A stretch of DNA of 64,000 nucleotides from Veleropilina oligotropha (Eukaryota): contig JBEUKZ010000119.1 in NCBI GenBank assembly GCA_048128005.1, positions 1 through 64,000 of the forward strand, written 5' to 3'. The position numbers and the translations under genes are program-made. Under the pieces are notes generated by a model that was not told the DNA's origin, ran no database searches, and worked only from the letters and a program-made list of their open reading frames with translations. This document shows positions 26,391 through 37,238 of this stretch, piece after piece. Every line of letters begins with the position of its first letter. The first letter of the stretch is position 1.

Positions 26391-28664
26391 CCTTAAACTG
26401 GGTTATTGCCCATGATATTGCACACATCTGCCGCTAGGAAATTTATCAATATTAGCTTCTGAGGGTTATTGATTTCCCTTGTATTAGAGAAACAATATGC
26501 AAATAATTGTCAGACCGTTTTGGAGATATTCACATTGAAGTCAGTAAGGCCGCTCCAGTAGTCCAGTGTGTATGGAGTGCCAACTCTGAAACCACTGGCT
26601 CAATTGCTCTAACTAGCAGGAGTGGGTTCGAATCTCGACTGGGGAATTAGCATTATTTGTTCAGTTATCAATCACAGTTATTAGGGCCCCGCAAGGCGGC
26701 CCTTTTGAGATTACCTTTTCCATCCGACCGTCTGAGACATTTTGTTAAGATTTAGGTTAAAGGTTCTGTTAACTTACTTTGTTATGAATGTATAATTGTA
26801 ATAAATGAACAAGGGCATGTCCCTACATGTAGTGACATTAGAGAATTAAATGTTACATGTTTCATGAACATTGAATGGAATTTGGCATCAACAATCTTGA
26901 TAAAGCTGTTTGGTTAAACATTCTATTCTGTATTTGGTGATATCATTACATCACTTACAATCTAGTCTTCGCCTGGTCGGAGAGGACAGGTTTCCCTGAG
27001 CGACCTGACCTTCCTCTCGCGATAACATTGGACATGTCCTGCATTGAATCTGATGACGTACGTGGCATACTGTTATTGACCAACAACATTAAATGCGTTT
27101 GCTGGTATTACTGAAATTCAATGGAAATCATAGGTGCTGTAATGCAATATCAGAGGACAGCACACCGATGTCTGCATGGAAGAATCTTCAGTGCATGAGA
27201 AGAATTAAAAGCAAGCGACATTTCGCCTGAAGTGCTGCTGCAATACATTATTGTATATACAGCTATATAAAAACAATAAACTATTTGTTATCTTTATATT
27301 TATGTTTTTTGTATTTAAACAATAGCAAACATGAACGATATATTATATATTTTTTGCATGTAAAACATTATAATGTTTGGTTTGTACAGGCGGTGACATG
27401 ACTCGTATTTAGTGGTCATGCGTTGAGTTGTCTTGATATCATCCAGGCTATGTGGATACAGGTAATACACAGTTTGTATATCTATCATTTGTGAATAAAT
27501 ATTGCTTTAAATATCATTATAATATGAAGACATCATATAATAATTTAAACATTGATTATTTTATTACATAAACTACGTAAGCTATTCTAAAACAAAATTA
27601 ACCCATTTAAAAACAATTAATCTGTTACGGGTAGTATCTATCGATGCTGCATCAAGAAAAGGCCTGAAATATAAATAGACTTTATTTCAAATGAAGATTA
27701 TACTGTTACAGTTTAAAATAAGCTTTATGTCACTTGATATGTCTACTTTAAAGTACGATGCTCCGAATACAATGATGTAACCGCCTGTTTGGACGAACTG
27801 AGCCAGTGACGATATAACTGGTATCCATATGCCTGGACTCGAACGGACATACGGATTTAATTATAATTGTGCATTGTAGAGTTCTTTGCAATGTCTCCTG
27901 ATGCAATTGTATTTGCAATAATGGTCGTTAACCTTTCGTTGTCATCATCACGATATTTTTCCTATCAGCATATAATTATATTATGATGCAGCATTTATGA
28001 TCTGGCATACTTATCCCAGGAAAAGCCGTCCTGCAGAACTTCATCGAAATTTCGCAACTAACTTTTTCGTGCAGACAAATACGAACAAAAATTATGAATG
28101 AGCAAAACAATTTAAGAGAAGAACACTGCAGAAAAATATGATTTCACAAATGATGGACCAATAATTAAATATTTAAAACTGCTGGTGGAAAACCAGGTGA
28201 CAAATCTCGTATACATGAAGCATTGTGCTATATTCAGCTACAAATGACTCCGGTGCTCCCTTACTTTCATTTCAACAAAACTCTGTTGCTCAGAGTGATT
28301 TCTATGAGGATCTGGATAGTATACCAACACACAAGTCAACACAACTTATGATATTATAAAAAGGGCAATGGACCTAAAGGCCTAATTAAATGTCGTAAAA
28401 TATATACTATACTATAAGTATCAACATTCAAGCTGCTATATATATTGAAAATAGATATACGCATACGTAACTATAATGATACCATCTCACGTATGCGACT
28501 TGCGTCAATCATGATAAAGAATGTGCGTTCTGAGTCTGCTCGCCTGATAAAAGACACTGTTCCACACTTCACACTGATGCGGGTTATCTCCAGTATGAAG
28601 TCGCTCGTGCTTCATAAGATCACCTGACTGAAAATCCCTGATTGCACATATCACACGTATACGG

Positions 28665-29756
28665 TTACTCCCCAGTATGGCGTCGCATGTGCATCTTCAG
28701 ATTGCCTGAATATGCAAATGCCCGATTGCACACAACACACTTATACGGTTTCTCTCCAGTATGGATTCGCATGTGTGCGTTCAGATTGGTCGACTGCGCA
28801 AATGCCCGATTGCACACGGCACATTTATACGGTTTCTCCCCAGTATGACGTCGAATGTGTTTGTTCAGACTGCTCGACCGCGCAAATGCCCGATTACACA
28901 CGGCACACTTATACGGTTTCTCCCCAGTATGACGTCGCATGTGTGTGTTCAGATGGCTCGACAGCGCAAATGACTGATTGCACACCGCACATCGATGCGG
29001 TTTCTCTCCAGTATGACGTCGCATGTGCCTTACAAGATGACCAGACTGTGAAAATGACTGATTGCACACAGCACACCGATGCGATTTCTCTCCAGTATGG
29101 GTACGAAAGTGCTCCCTAAGAACACCAGAGCGTGAAAACACCTTATAGCACACTTCACACTGATATGGTTTCTCTCCAGTATGGGTTCGCCAGTGCTCTC
29201 TCAGATGACCCGATTGTGAAAACGCCTTATTGCACACAGCACACTGATGCGGTTTATCTCCAGTATGGGCTCGCATGTGCCCCCTAAGATTACACGATTC
29301 TGAAAACGCCTTATTGCAGACAACACACTGATGCGGTCTCTCTCCAGTATGGGTTCGCCAGTGCACCCTAAGATTATCGGATCGTGAAAACGTCTGATTG
29401 CACACACCGCATTGATGCGGTTCATCTCGTATATGGGTTAGCATGTGGTTCCGTAGGTGTCCCGATTGTGAAAACGCCTGATGGCATACATCACAATTAT
29501 GCGATTTCTCCCCAGTACGAGTTCGAAAATGCACCCCAAGTTGACTCGATTGTGATAACGACCGATTGCACACAGCACACTGATACGGTTCCTCTCCAGT
29601 ATGAATTCGCATGTGCTTCTTACGAGCATCAGCCTGTGGAAATGTCTTCTTGCACGTCACACATTGTTGCGGTTGCTCAACGGTGTGTGTTTGCATGTGG
29701 AGATTTAAGGAACTAATACGCCCAAAAGTCTTGTTGCAGAATGCGCAATTCAGCAT
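28665..29756 (-). CDS. Single-exon tandem C2H2 zinc-finger protein, 13 fingers, no effector domain
   Basis: CxxC-12-HxxxH repeats with TGEKPY linkers; finger 3 is degenerate; the stop falls inside a linker (TGE*PY) and two decayed fingers follow to ~28520. Confidence 0.9.
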   Translation of the reverse strand: MLNCAFCNKTFGRISSLNLHMQTHTVEQPQQCVTCKKTFPQADARKKHMRIHTGEEPYQCAVCNRSLSQSSQLGVHFRTRTGEKSHNCDVCHQAFSQSGHLRNHMLTHIRDEPHQCGVCNQTFSRSDNLRVHWRTHTGERPHQCVVCNKAFSESCNLRGHMRAHTGDKPHQCAVCNKAFSQSGHLREHWRTHTGEKPYQCEVCYKVFSRSGVLREHFRTHTGEKSHRCAVCNQSFSQSGHLVRHMRRHTGEKPHRCAVCNQSFALSSHLNTHMRRHTGEKPYKCAVCNRAFARSSSLNKHIRRHTGEKPYKCAVCNRAFAQSTNLNAHMRIHTGEKPYKCVVCNRAFAYSGNLKMHMRRHTGE

Positions 29757-30041
29757 TGATATATCTTATCTTCGTACCATATTATTCTATAACGCACGTT
29801 CTAATCGTGAATTTATGTTACGATATTGTATATAGTGTTCGTTGCGAATACTGTAGGCTATATTGTATATAGTGTTCGTTGCGAATACTGTAGGCTATAT
29901 GCCTGCACGTTGTTTATTAAGTTACGACTCCCAGTGATTCAAAATTTTCGTTCCAAAAATGTTTCAGTTTACCCTTATATTTGAATTAGGACACAATTCT
30001 CACACATAATAAAGATAAATGTCGTACATTGCAAACACTCA

Positions 30042-30130
30042 CGAGCAGTTGGAATCGCATATAACACTGTAAGTTGAAACGCCTTTTTCAATGAAATGTG
30101 TCATCTTTTTCACGTGCTGATTGGACGCTG
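30042..30130 (-). promoter_or_regulatory. Putative ZNF promoter (CCAAT box, CACGTG E-box, TATA-like segment)
   Basis: CAGCGTCCAATCAGCACGTGA on the minus strand at 30110-30130 is conserved upstream of the paralogous units at ~50235 and ~61732. Confidence 0.5.
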
Positions 30131-31142
30131 TGTATTGGTCTATCGATCGATCGGTGTTGTTCTCAACCAGTTCAACATTTTCGAGGAGCAATGAATGAGA
30201 GAAGCAGAAAACATGTCCAGTCGCCTGCGTGGAATGCCTTTACCAAGCTACCTGGAAATATGCACGTAATATATTAATACATATAATAATTTCCTTAACA
30301 GGTTTATAAATTGGCACGGCGCTACGATGACAAACACAAACAATGTTTTACAAATCATTAATTATGTCACGAACAGATTACAGATGTCAAGCAGACAGCT
30401 CAGTGACGCCACATGCACAAACAAAATAGAAAAGCAATCCTTTAAGATGCTGATTCCGTTTATTTACGTAATGTACATTCGAAAAAACACCTACTTGATT
30501 GATGTTTGAAGGTAACGGGGATTGAACCACCGACCCTGTGCAACATATTTGGACCATCGCAATATAGCCGTCAATCAATCAATTAATAGCCATCAATCAA
30601 ACAACCAACCATTGCGCTGCTTAAGGTTATTTCACGTAATTGGTGTTAGTCATATGCGGCAGAGGGTGTGCGTGAAGTAAGTCTATGACAATGTGTTGCT
30701 ATTACCTTTTAGTTCGTCAGGCAGAGGGGCCAATTGACACCAAAACCAGGACTTATTTTCGTTGATGTATCACTGGAAAGGTATATGTCTCAGGACCTGA
30801 TTTCAGCCTGGTAAGAGTTTAAAATGAGTAGCTTCATTAGTTTAAACCGTATTGAAATGGGATGAAGTGTCATGAATTGCATTGGAAATTTATATCGCTT
30901 GCATGCTGCCATGTATATTAATAAAATGGTAGTGTTCTGGTCTCTTTTCGAAAAGCTTTGTTATTAAATACTCGATCCTAGTTGAAATCCCTTGGACAAG
31001 AAATTAAGCATAATATATGTGCCTCGATTTCACCAAGACGATCTAATTTTAGTTTCGGATATATCGATATTTTCGTGCGTACTCAAAAATATCGCATGAA
31101 ACGCCCGACTTTTTTGCCCGTTAAAGATTAATAACGAATTAT

Positions 31143-32215
31143 AACAAGAGTCATCAGGAGATAACATATCCCCACGGCGCACAGATGGCTCGCAAAATAT
31201 CATTTTATATAATTTGAGAAAAGGACAATAACTCTGTCATATATCACCGCACAACGTCAAAATTATGTTAACCAACTACTAAATGCACCCACCAAGTTTA
31301 TTAAAGATAAGTCAAGGAGTTTACGATATATATTCCGGAAAACATCTTTAACGAATTTACAACAAGGGCAATAACTCTGTTAATAATCGCCGCTCAACGT
31401 CGAAACTGGTAAAAGGCACCCACCAAATTCATAAATATATTCTGAGCGGTTTATTATATATGCTATGGAAAAGGTAACATTAACGAATTTACAACAAGGG
31501 CAATAACTCTGTTAATAATCGCCGCTCAACGTCGAAACTGGCAAAAGGCACCAGTTCACAAACTACTTAATACACCCAGCAAATTTCGTAAAGTTATGTT
31601 GAGCGGCATATGAGATACGCTCCGGAAAAGATAACAAACGAATTTACAACAAGGGCAATAACTCTGTTAATAATCGCAGTTCAACGTCAAAACTGGCAAA
31701 AAGCACCAGTTCACATACTACTTAATATACCCTCTGGAAACGATATCGATTACAATTTAAAACAAAGGGCAATAACTCTGCTAATAATCGCCGCTCATCG
31801 TCGAAACTAGCAAAAGACACCAGTTCACCGACTACCTAATACGCCCAGCAAGTTTCGTAAAATTATGTCGAGCGGTGTATGAGATATGCTGTGGAAACGA
31901 TATCGATTACAATTTACCACAAGGGCAATAACTCTGCTAATAATCGCAGCTCATCGTCGAAACTATCAAAAGGCACCAGTCCACCGACTAATTAATACAC
32001 CCGACAAGTTTCGTAAAGTTATGTAGAGCGGTGTATCAGATATGATCGGGAAACGATATCGATTATAATTTACAACAAGGGAAATAACTCTGTTAATAAT
32101 CTCAATAAGCTCAACGTCGAAACTTGCAAAAGGCACCAGTTCACCATGTCCTTAATACACCCACCAAGTGTCGTAAAGATATGTCAAGCTGTTTAAGATA
32201 TATGCTTCAGAAACC
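31143..32215 (-). mobile_element. Helentron-associated (HINE/DINE-1-like) element with internal ~150-bp tandem array
   Basis: Begins AACAAGAG with a small stem-loop; about 7 diverged units containing AAGGGCAATAACTCTGTTAATAATCGCCGCTCAACGTCGAAACT. Confidence 0.65.
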
Positions 32216-32242
32216 AAATGAGGCAGCAGTCATAGGATAAAT

Positions 32243-32318
32243 CTCCGGCACACCCGGGGCTTGAACCCGTGACCTCCCGTTTATTAGACCAGCACCGTAT
32301 CCACTCCGCCACTGGCGA
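32243..32318 (-). pseudogene. tRNA-like sequence (Ile-AAT-like SINE head or pseudo-tRNA)
   Basis: TGGCGGAGTGG A box, CTAATAA loop, GGTTCAAGCCC B box; acceptor stem does not pair. Confidence 0.5.
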
Positions 32319-32649
32319 TAGATGTTATTGTAATATTCTGCTATCATGCAGTAATACAGCGCATGCCTTCGTAAACAAATTTAATGTACGCGACTCCGAA
32401 ACATCGTTACCTCAGCGGTGGACAAGCTGTCTGCAATCCATAAACTAACTGAACTTTTCAATTTGTATATTTCAGGTAAATAACTTATATTTTGGGGGTT
32501 TTCGCAAATTCTCAGAAAGTCCCTCACATGCATTATGACAGTGCGAACAAGATATTTCTCACTAACATCTATGAACCATTTTCATTAGAATGAGTAAGTA
32601 TTTATTTCGTTTTTTGCCACCCATGCATTTTTTGATTTTCAAATGAGGG

Positions 32650-32960
32650 GTCCATACCCAGGTTATGTGCATCAACGCCACTCCAGATATACCAATTACA
32701 GCAGATGGTGAACCACTTGACTGTGTTGGGGAATTCACCGACCTGGGTAGCCTCATCACAAAGGACAATCCAGCACAAAAGAACACCAAAGTAAGATTTG
32801 GGAAAGCATGCGGTGTTAAAGGCTCTAGCATGTCAGAAAATCAAAGTACATGTAAAGACCGAAGCTCAACCTGTACAACACTGAACACTATTGTCAGGCC
32901 AATGCTGCTGTGTGGCGCTGGATGATGGAGCGACAAGAACAAGAAGAACGTCTTCCACAA
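32650..32960 (+). mobile_element. RTE-clade LINE RT relic
   Basis: DGEPLDCVGEFTDLGSLITKD..KVRFGKA and VRPMLLCGA motifs. Confidence 0.65.
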
Positions 32961-32996
32961 CGGATTCTTCGGGAAACTACATCTTCTGGTACAATG

Positions 32997-33139
32997 ATGT
33001 TATCAGTATTGTGTGGATTCTGGAACATCGGAAACCTCGAGTGACGTCGTAGTCTTTGCGGCGGATTAATCCGCCGCAAAAATTACGACGTCACGAGAGG
33101 TTTCCGATGTGCCATAATCAACACAATAACTGATAACAT
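32997..33139. repeat. Long palindrome centred on GCGGCGGATT|AATCCGCCGC
   Basis: Arms of ~70 bp with a same-strand GAG bubble and a few mismatches. Confidence 0.93.
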
Positions 33140-33651
33140 TTTTATTATATGCCACAACAAGTTTCTTATTAAATTGAATCGAAAGATTATGGTAATTTTA
33201 GTCACGAATCTGTAAGGGAGGTTGAAATAGTATAGGACTATATTGGAAATAGTTCCTACGATTTGTCAGATATTTTGAATATATAACCAGGAAACGTTTT
33301 CCTTTGAATATATAAGCAGGAGACGTTTTCTGAATCGATATCAGCTGTGTCCGTGATACAGGGTCTCGGAAAACTGCGCGAGAATAGGCGGCAGAAAATG
33401 ACTTGCATATAATAAAACAAGATATCAAACAAATAACTTGACAAGAAAATAAGAGCCAGAGTCCCACAGGAAGCGACGAGGAGTAAATAAGTAAGTAATC
33501 GCTGTTAATTGGTACTGGTTACTTGCGTATGCGTTTCGCATCTGGTGATGTTATAAAGAGTAGTTAATTAAGCATCGCAATTATGTAATGGTCCAGCCTT
33601 ACTGACATAATTCTACGGAAACAAAAACAAAGCGAAACGTATGTATGAAAC

Positions 33652-35514
33652 CTGGGACTACTATAAGAGGGACTGGAAGCTCTGACCAATTAGCAGACTC
33701 GCCGTCAATAATGTGGTATTCGCTATTGTTCTCGTGCTTACCGCACTGCGCATGTGCGTAGTGGGCTTTAGCTTTGTGACAAGACTATTTTATCCCCAAT
33801 TAGGACCAATGCGGTAAATTATAACAGTTTCAATTCACAAAATACCTATTAAACACGAAATTAGATTAACACAACATATGATAACGAAGTTAGTTTTTTA
33901 ATTATTTTAATTTGTAACGTATTCAGCCGTGGTACAATGGTAGATGCACTGGCCTCTCACTCGAGAGGTTTGGGGTTCAACCCCGATCCCGGTGACTTCC
34001 CTTGGGCAAGGAATTAAGCATATATTGCCTCGGTTCACCCAGCCGATCAGAGATCTAAATGGGTACCTGATTGGCAGTGGCAGAATATGTCAGAATGACT
34101 GGTCAAGCGCCTAACAGGCATGTACTTGACCGTAATACTCTCAGAGAGAGTTGAGAAGGAATATTGAGTGAACAGGCCAATAACCAGGGGAATAATAATG
34201 TAAGCGCTTTGAGCACGCATTTCGTATGTGTGGGAAAGCGCAGATAAATCTTCACATAAATATTATTCAAACTAAATATATTGCATAATTATTTATAATA
34301 AATAAAATTCAATTCAACCAATTATTGAAAGAGATATATGTTAATCGGTAAATAAATTGAATGGGCAATTAAAATATAAATAAGTTCTTATGAATTTATC
34401 TTTATTACTGAATCGGAACCATATAAATGGCCCCAACTACTTTTTTAATGGTTATCAAAACAAACGATTATATTCAATAGAGACAATAAAGGTAGCCACT
34501 AATTGCATTTCATTCTATGTTTCGATTTACATGTTGTTATAATGTACAAGAGGTCAGTAATTTGTCTGCTCAATAACAATGGGGACAACTTAAAGTTGGC
34601 ACTTTAATGAAATATTATTGAAACGGACCATGTTACCAGTTAACCTTTGATAAGCTATTTTAAGACGTAAATAATTTAATTAAATCTTCGTTTTATTTCC
34701 CTGTACAATAGCCGAGTCGATGTAATCGAGGGTAAATTAGAAAAAAGGTGAAAATATTCCATAATAAAATGCAACAAATAAAGAAGAGAGTCCATCACAA
34801 AATGAATATCAACACTTGACATATTTAAGAAAATTGGTCGTTTTATAATGCAAATATGTGCTATAAATCTTCGTTATATTTCACTGCGCAATAGATGAGT
34901 TCAAGCAATTGAATGCAAATAAAAAGATGGTGCAAATATCAAAAAGTATAATGTAACAACTGACGAGGAGAAGAAGTTGCAAAATCGAGTACTTTACACT
35001 GAAAATATTAACGCTGAACATATTCAGGAAAAATCGTAATTTTTAATTGCAATTATACGATATAAATCTTCGTCAAATTTCACTTCACAATAGAAGAGTC
35101 GAAGCAATAGGATATAAATAAAATGATGGACAAGATATTCAACAGTAAAATGTAGCAGCTGACGAGGAGCAGAATTTGCAAAATGTACTATTTTTCGATT
35201 CGAAAACTTTCTCATCGACGCCATTTTGGATTTTCGTAAATAACCCAGAACATACAATATCATAACACTTATCTATGCTTGTTTGACATAATTTTAATGA
35301 AATAAGCACATACACACAATCTACAATATATATAATATATATTTATGTGCATACAGATGTATGACAAATAGTAGTGAATAGTTTATATGGGATTCAATTA
35401 GCAGGTTGTTGCTATGCTTATTAGATTGCAGGCGAACTCTCGCCTATTAACGCCGAGTATGTGATTTCAGCGCGATCTTTAAAGCTGCCAGTCCCTCTAG
35501 TATAGTAGTCCCAG
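33652..35514. mobile_element. Non-autonomous TIR DNA transposon with 7-bp TSD
   Basis: TIRs CTGGGACTACTATA(..)AGAGGGACTGG and CCAGTCCCTCTAGTATAGTAGTCCCAG; TSD ATGAAAC at 33645-33651 and 35515-35521; internal diverged tandem repeats at ~34680-35200. Confidence 0.82.
33926..34250 (+). mobile_element. tRNA-derived SINE with conserved core and L2-type tail, nested in the TIR element
   Basis: tRNA head, CCTTGGGCAAG..ACCCAG..TAAATGGGTACC core and AAGCGCTTTGAGC..AAAGCGC tail; relatives near 30925 (+) and 40190-40310 (-). Confidence 0.72.
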
Positions 35515-35780
35515 ATGAAACGCATGATAAAAGAAATAAAATAATTTGTATGTACTATAAGCTAGTCATGCAGGGTCGCAGTCAGTGTTGTTCAATATAC
35601 TGACGCTGAACCAGTCCAGTAGGCTGGAATGTAATGCCATTGAATATGACACTATTTGTATATATGTATGTTTACATAACTTTATGTGAATTTACAGATT
35701 ATCATATTCATAAATAAAACGTAAAATATAATAATAAATGTTCAAAATGTTAATGACGATACATCGCGCGGTTTTTAGTC

Positions 35781-37238
35781 ATGGACTCGGTAAGGATTTA
35801 TGATGTGTCGGTTTCGGCGAAGAATCGTGTAAATAGTCAAAAGAAGGATTTAGAGTTTGAATGCATTGAAAGAGACGATTTGTCAAATGCGCTTCTTCCA
35901 AGTGACAATGACACTTACCAGGCTCTAAAAACGACAGGTGATGGAAATTGTTTGTATAATAGTGTATCCTTACTTTTAAGAGGCGACTCTTTATTAGCAA
36001 ATGACTTGCGTGCACTTGTTGCATGTGAACTCTTCTCTAATGCTTCCATTTATGCCCAGCATAAGCATATTTTATCTGCTTCATCACATCCTTCGATATT
36101 AACGAATCATGAAGACACTTTGTTTTCAATGCTACTTACCCCACAAGTGGTGAAATCAATTGACAACTCTCACGATCGCATGGAAGCCTTATATTTAGAG
36201 GCGCTCAACACTTGCACAGATAAATCATGGTCTGCAATGATACACGTGCTAGCTATTTCATCCGCATTAGGTAAGACTGTTACATGTGTTTACCCAGAGG
36301 TTAACGAAGCAATAAGGCCTTTGTTTAATGCCAAGATTGATCCCGTATCTTGTTCACCGGTAAGTGATGGACAGGAATTGACAATCATGTGGACTAGGGA
36401 TGGAGACCTATCGTCCGCCTTCGGTTCGTGTTTTGAGCCCAATCACTTTGTGGCTTTGGTGCATGGTGATTCTTCTGACGACAAGGAACAAATTCATAAG
36501 AGGACCAGGTTACCTTCAAAAAGGCATTCTTCCCCATATCACAGTGCTCAACGTGAAACTGGTGAAAGTATATCCAAGCAGGCGAAAGGACAGAGTAAAA
36601 TCTATGGCTTTCTTGAAAATCCCAGTGTCAGTAGAGAGAAGAATGACGACACGGTTTTTGATATGCTTTCAAAAAGACAATCAACGGATGCGGCACATAA
36701 CAAAGATAAACAACTAGACGACTCCACACTGGTACACTCGGATCTTGATATTGAAACTATTGTGTCTGGTGATGTTTCAGTGGATAGTTTGTCCAATGAA
36801 ACTAAGGCACAATACTTGAAAAAACACTTTGTTCCAAACACAAGTTACAAATTTCCTGGTGAAACAGTTATTAAGGGGAAAGATAACAAATCAAAGACAT
36901 TAACGTTTCAGCATTCGTGGCTAAGCGAATTTGAGTGGCTTGTTTATAGTCCCTCTGAAGAAGGGGGGTATTGTAAATATTGCACCTTGTGTCCTCCACA
37001 AGACGAAAGAGTCAGTAAAACCGGAGTCCTTGTTTCTAAGCCTCTCAATAGGTATTCTAAAGTAAAGGGAAAGGAAGGCATTCTGGTCAAGCATGCCCAG
37101 ACACGATATCATCAGAATGCTTTAGACGCAGCCACCATTATCTTATCTGTGTTAAACACCCCCCAACAGAGTATCGTTTATGCTATTTCGAAAGCGAACC
37201 AGGAACAATATGAAAAGAATAGACACATCTTAGAATGA
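35781..37238 (+). CDS. 485-aa ORF: vertnin-like OTU cysteine-protease domain, linker and TTF-type zinc finger (N-terminal part of a hAT transposase)
   Basis: TTGDGNCLYNSVSLLL (Asp54, Cys57), WSAMIHVLAISSALG..VYP, IMWT, PNHFVAL (His222); FQHSWLSEFEWLVYS..GGYCKYC..H..TRYH zinc finger. Confidence 0.8.
   Translation: MDSVRIYDVSVSAKNRVNSQKKDLEFECIERDDLSNALLPSDNDTYQALKTTGDGNCLYNSVSLLLRGDSLLANDLRALVACELFSNASIYAQHKHILSASSHPSILTNHEDTLFSMLLTPQVVKSIDNSHDRMEALYLEALNTCTDKSWSAMIHVLAISSALGKTVTCVYPEVNEAIRPLFNAKIDPVSCSPVSDGQELTIMWTRDGDLSSAFGSCFEPNHFVALVHGDSSDDKEQIHKRTRLPSKRHSSPYHSAQRETGESISKQAKGQSKIYGFLENPSVSREKNDDTVFDMLSKRQSTDAAHNKDKQLDDSTLVHSDLDIETIVSGDVSVDSLSNETKAQYLKKHFVPNTSYKFPGETVIKGKDNKSKTLTFQHSWLSEFEWLVYSPSEEGGYCKYCTLCPPQDERVSKTGVLVSKPLNRYSKVKGKEGILVKHAQTRYHQNALDAATIILSVLNTPQQSIVYAISKANQEQYEKNRHILE

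Noticed and set aside
28712..29835. Overlapping alternative-frame and antisense ORFs over the ZNF arrays (also 50816-52236)
   Set aside because: Expected shadows of 84-bp periodic coding sequence.
32243..32318. Functional tRNA-Ile gene
   Set aside because: Acceptor and anticodon stems pair poorly; better explained as a SINE head or pseudogene.
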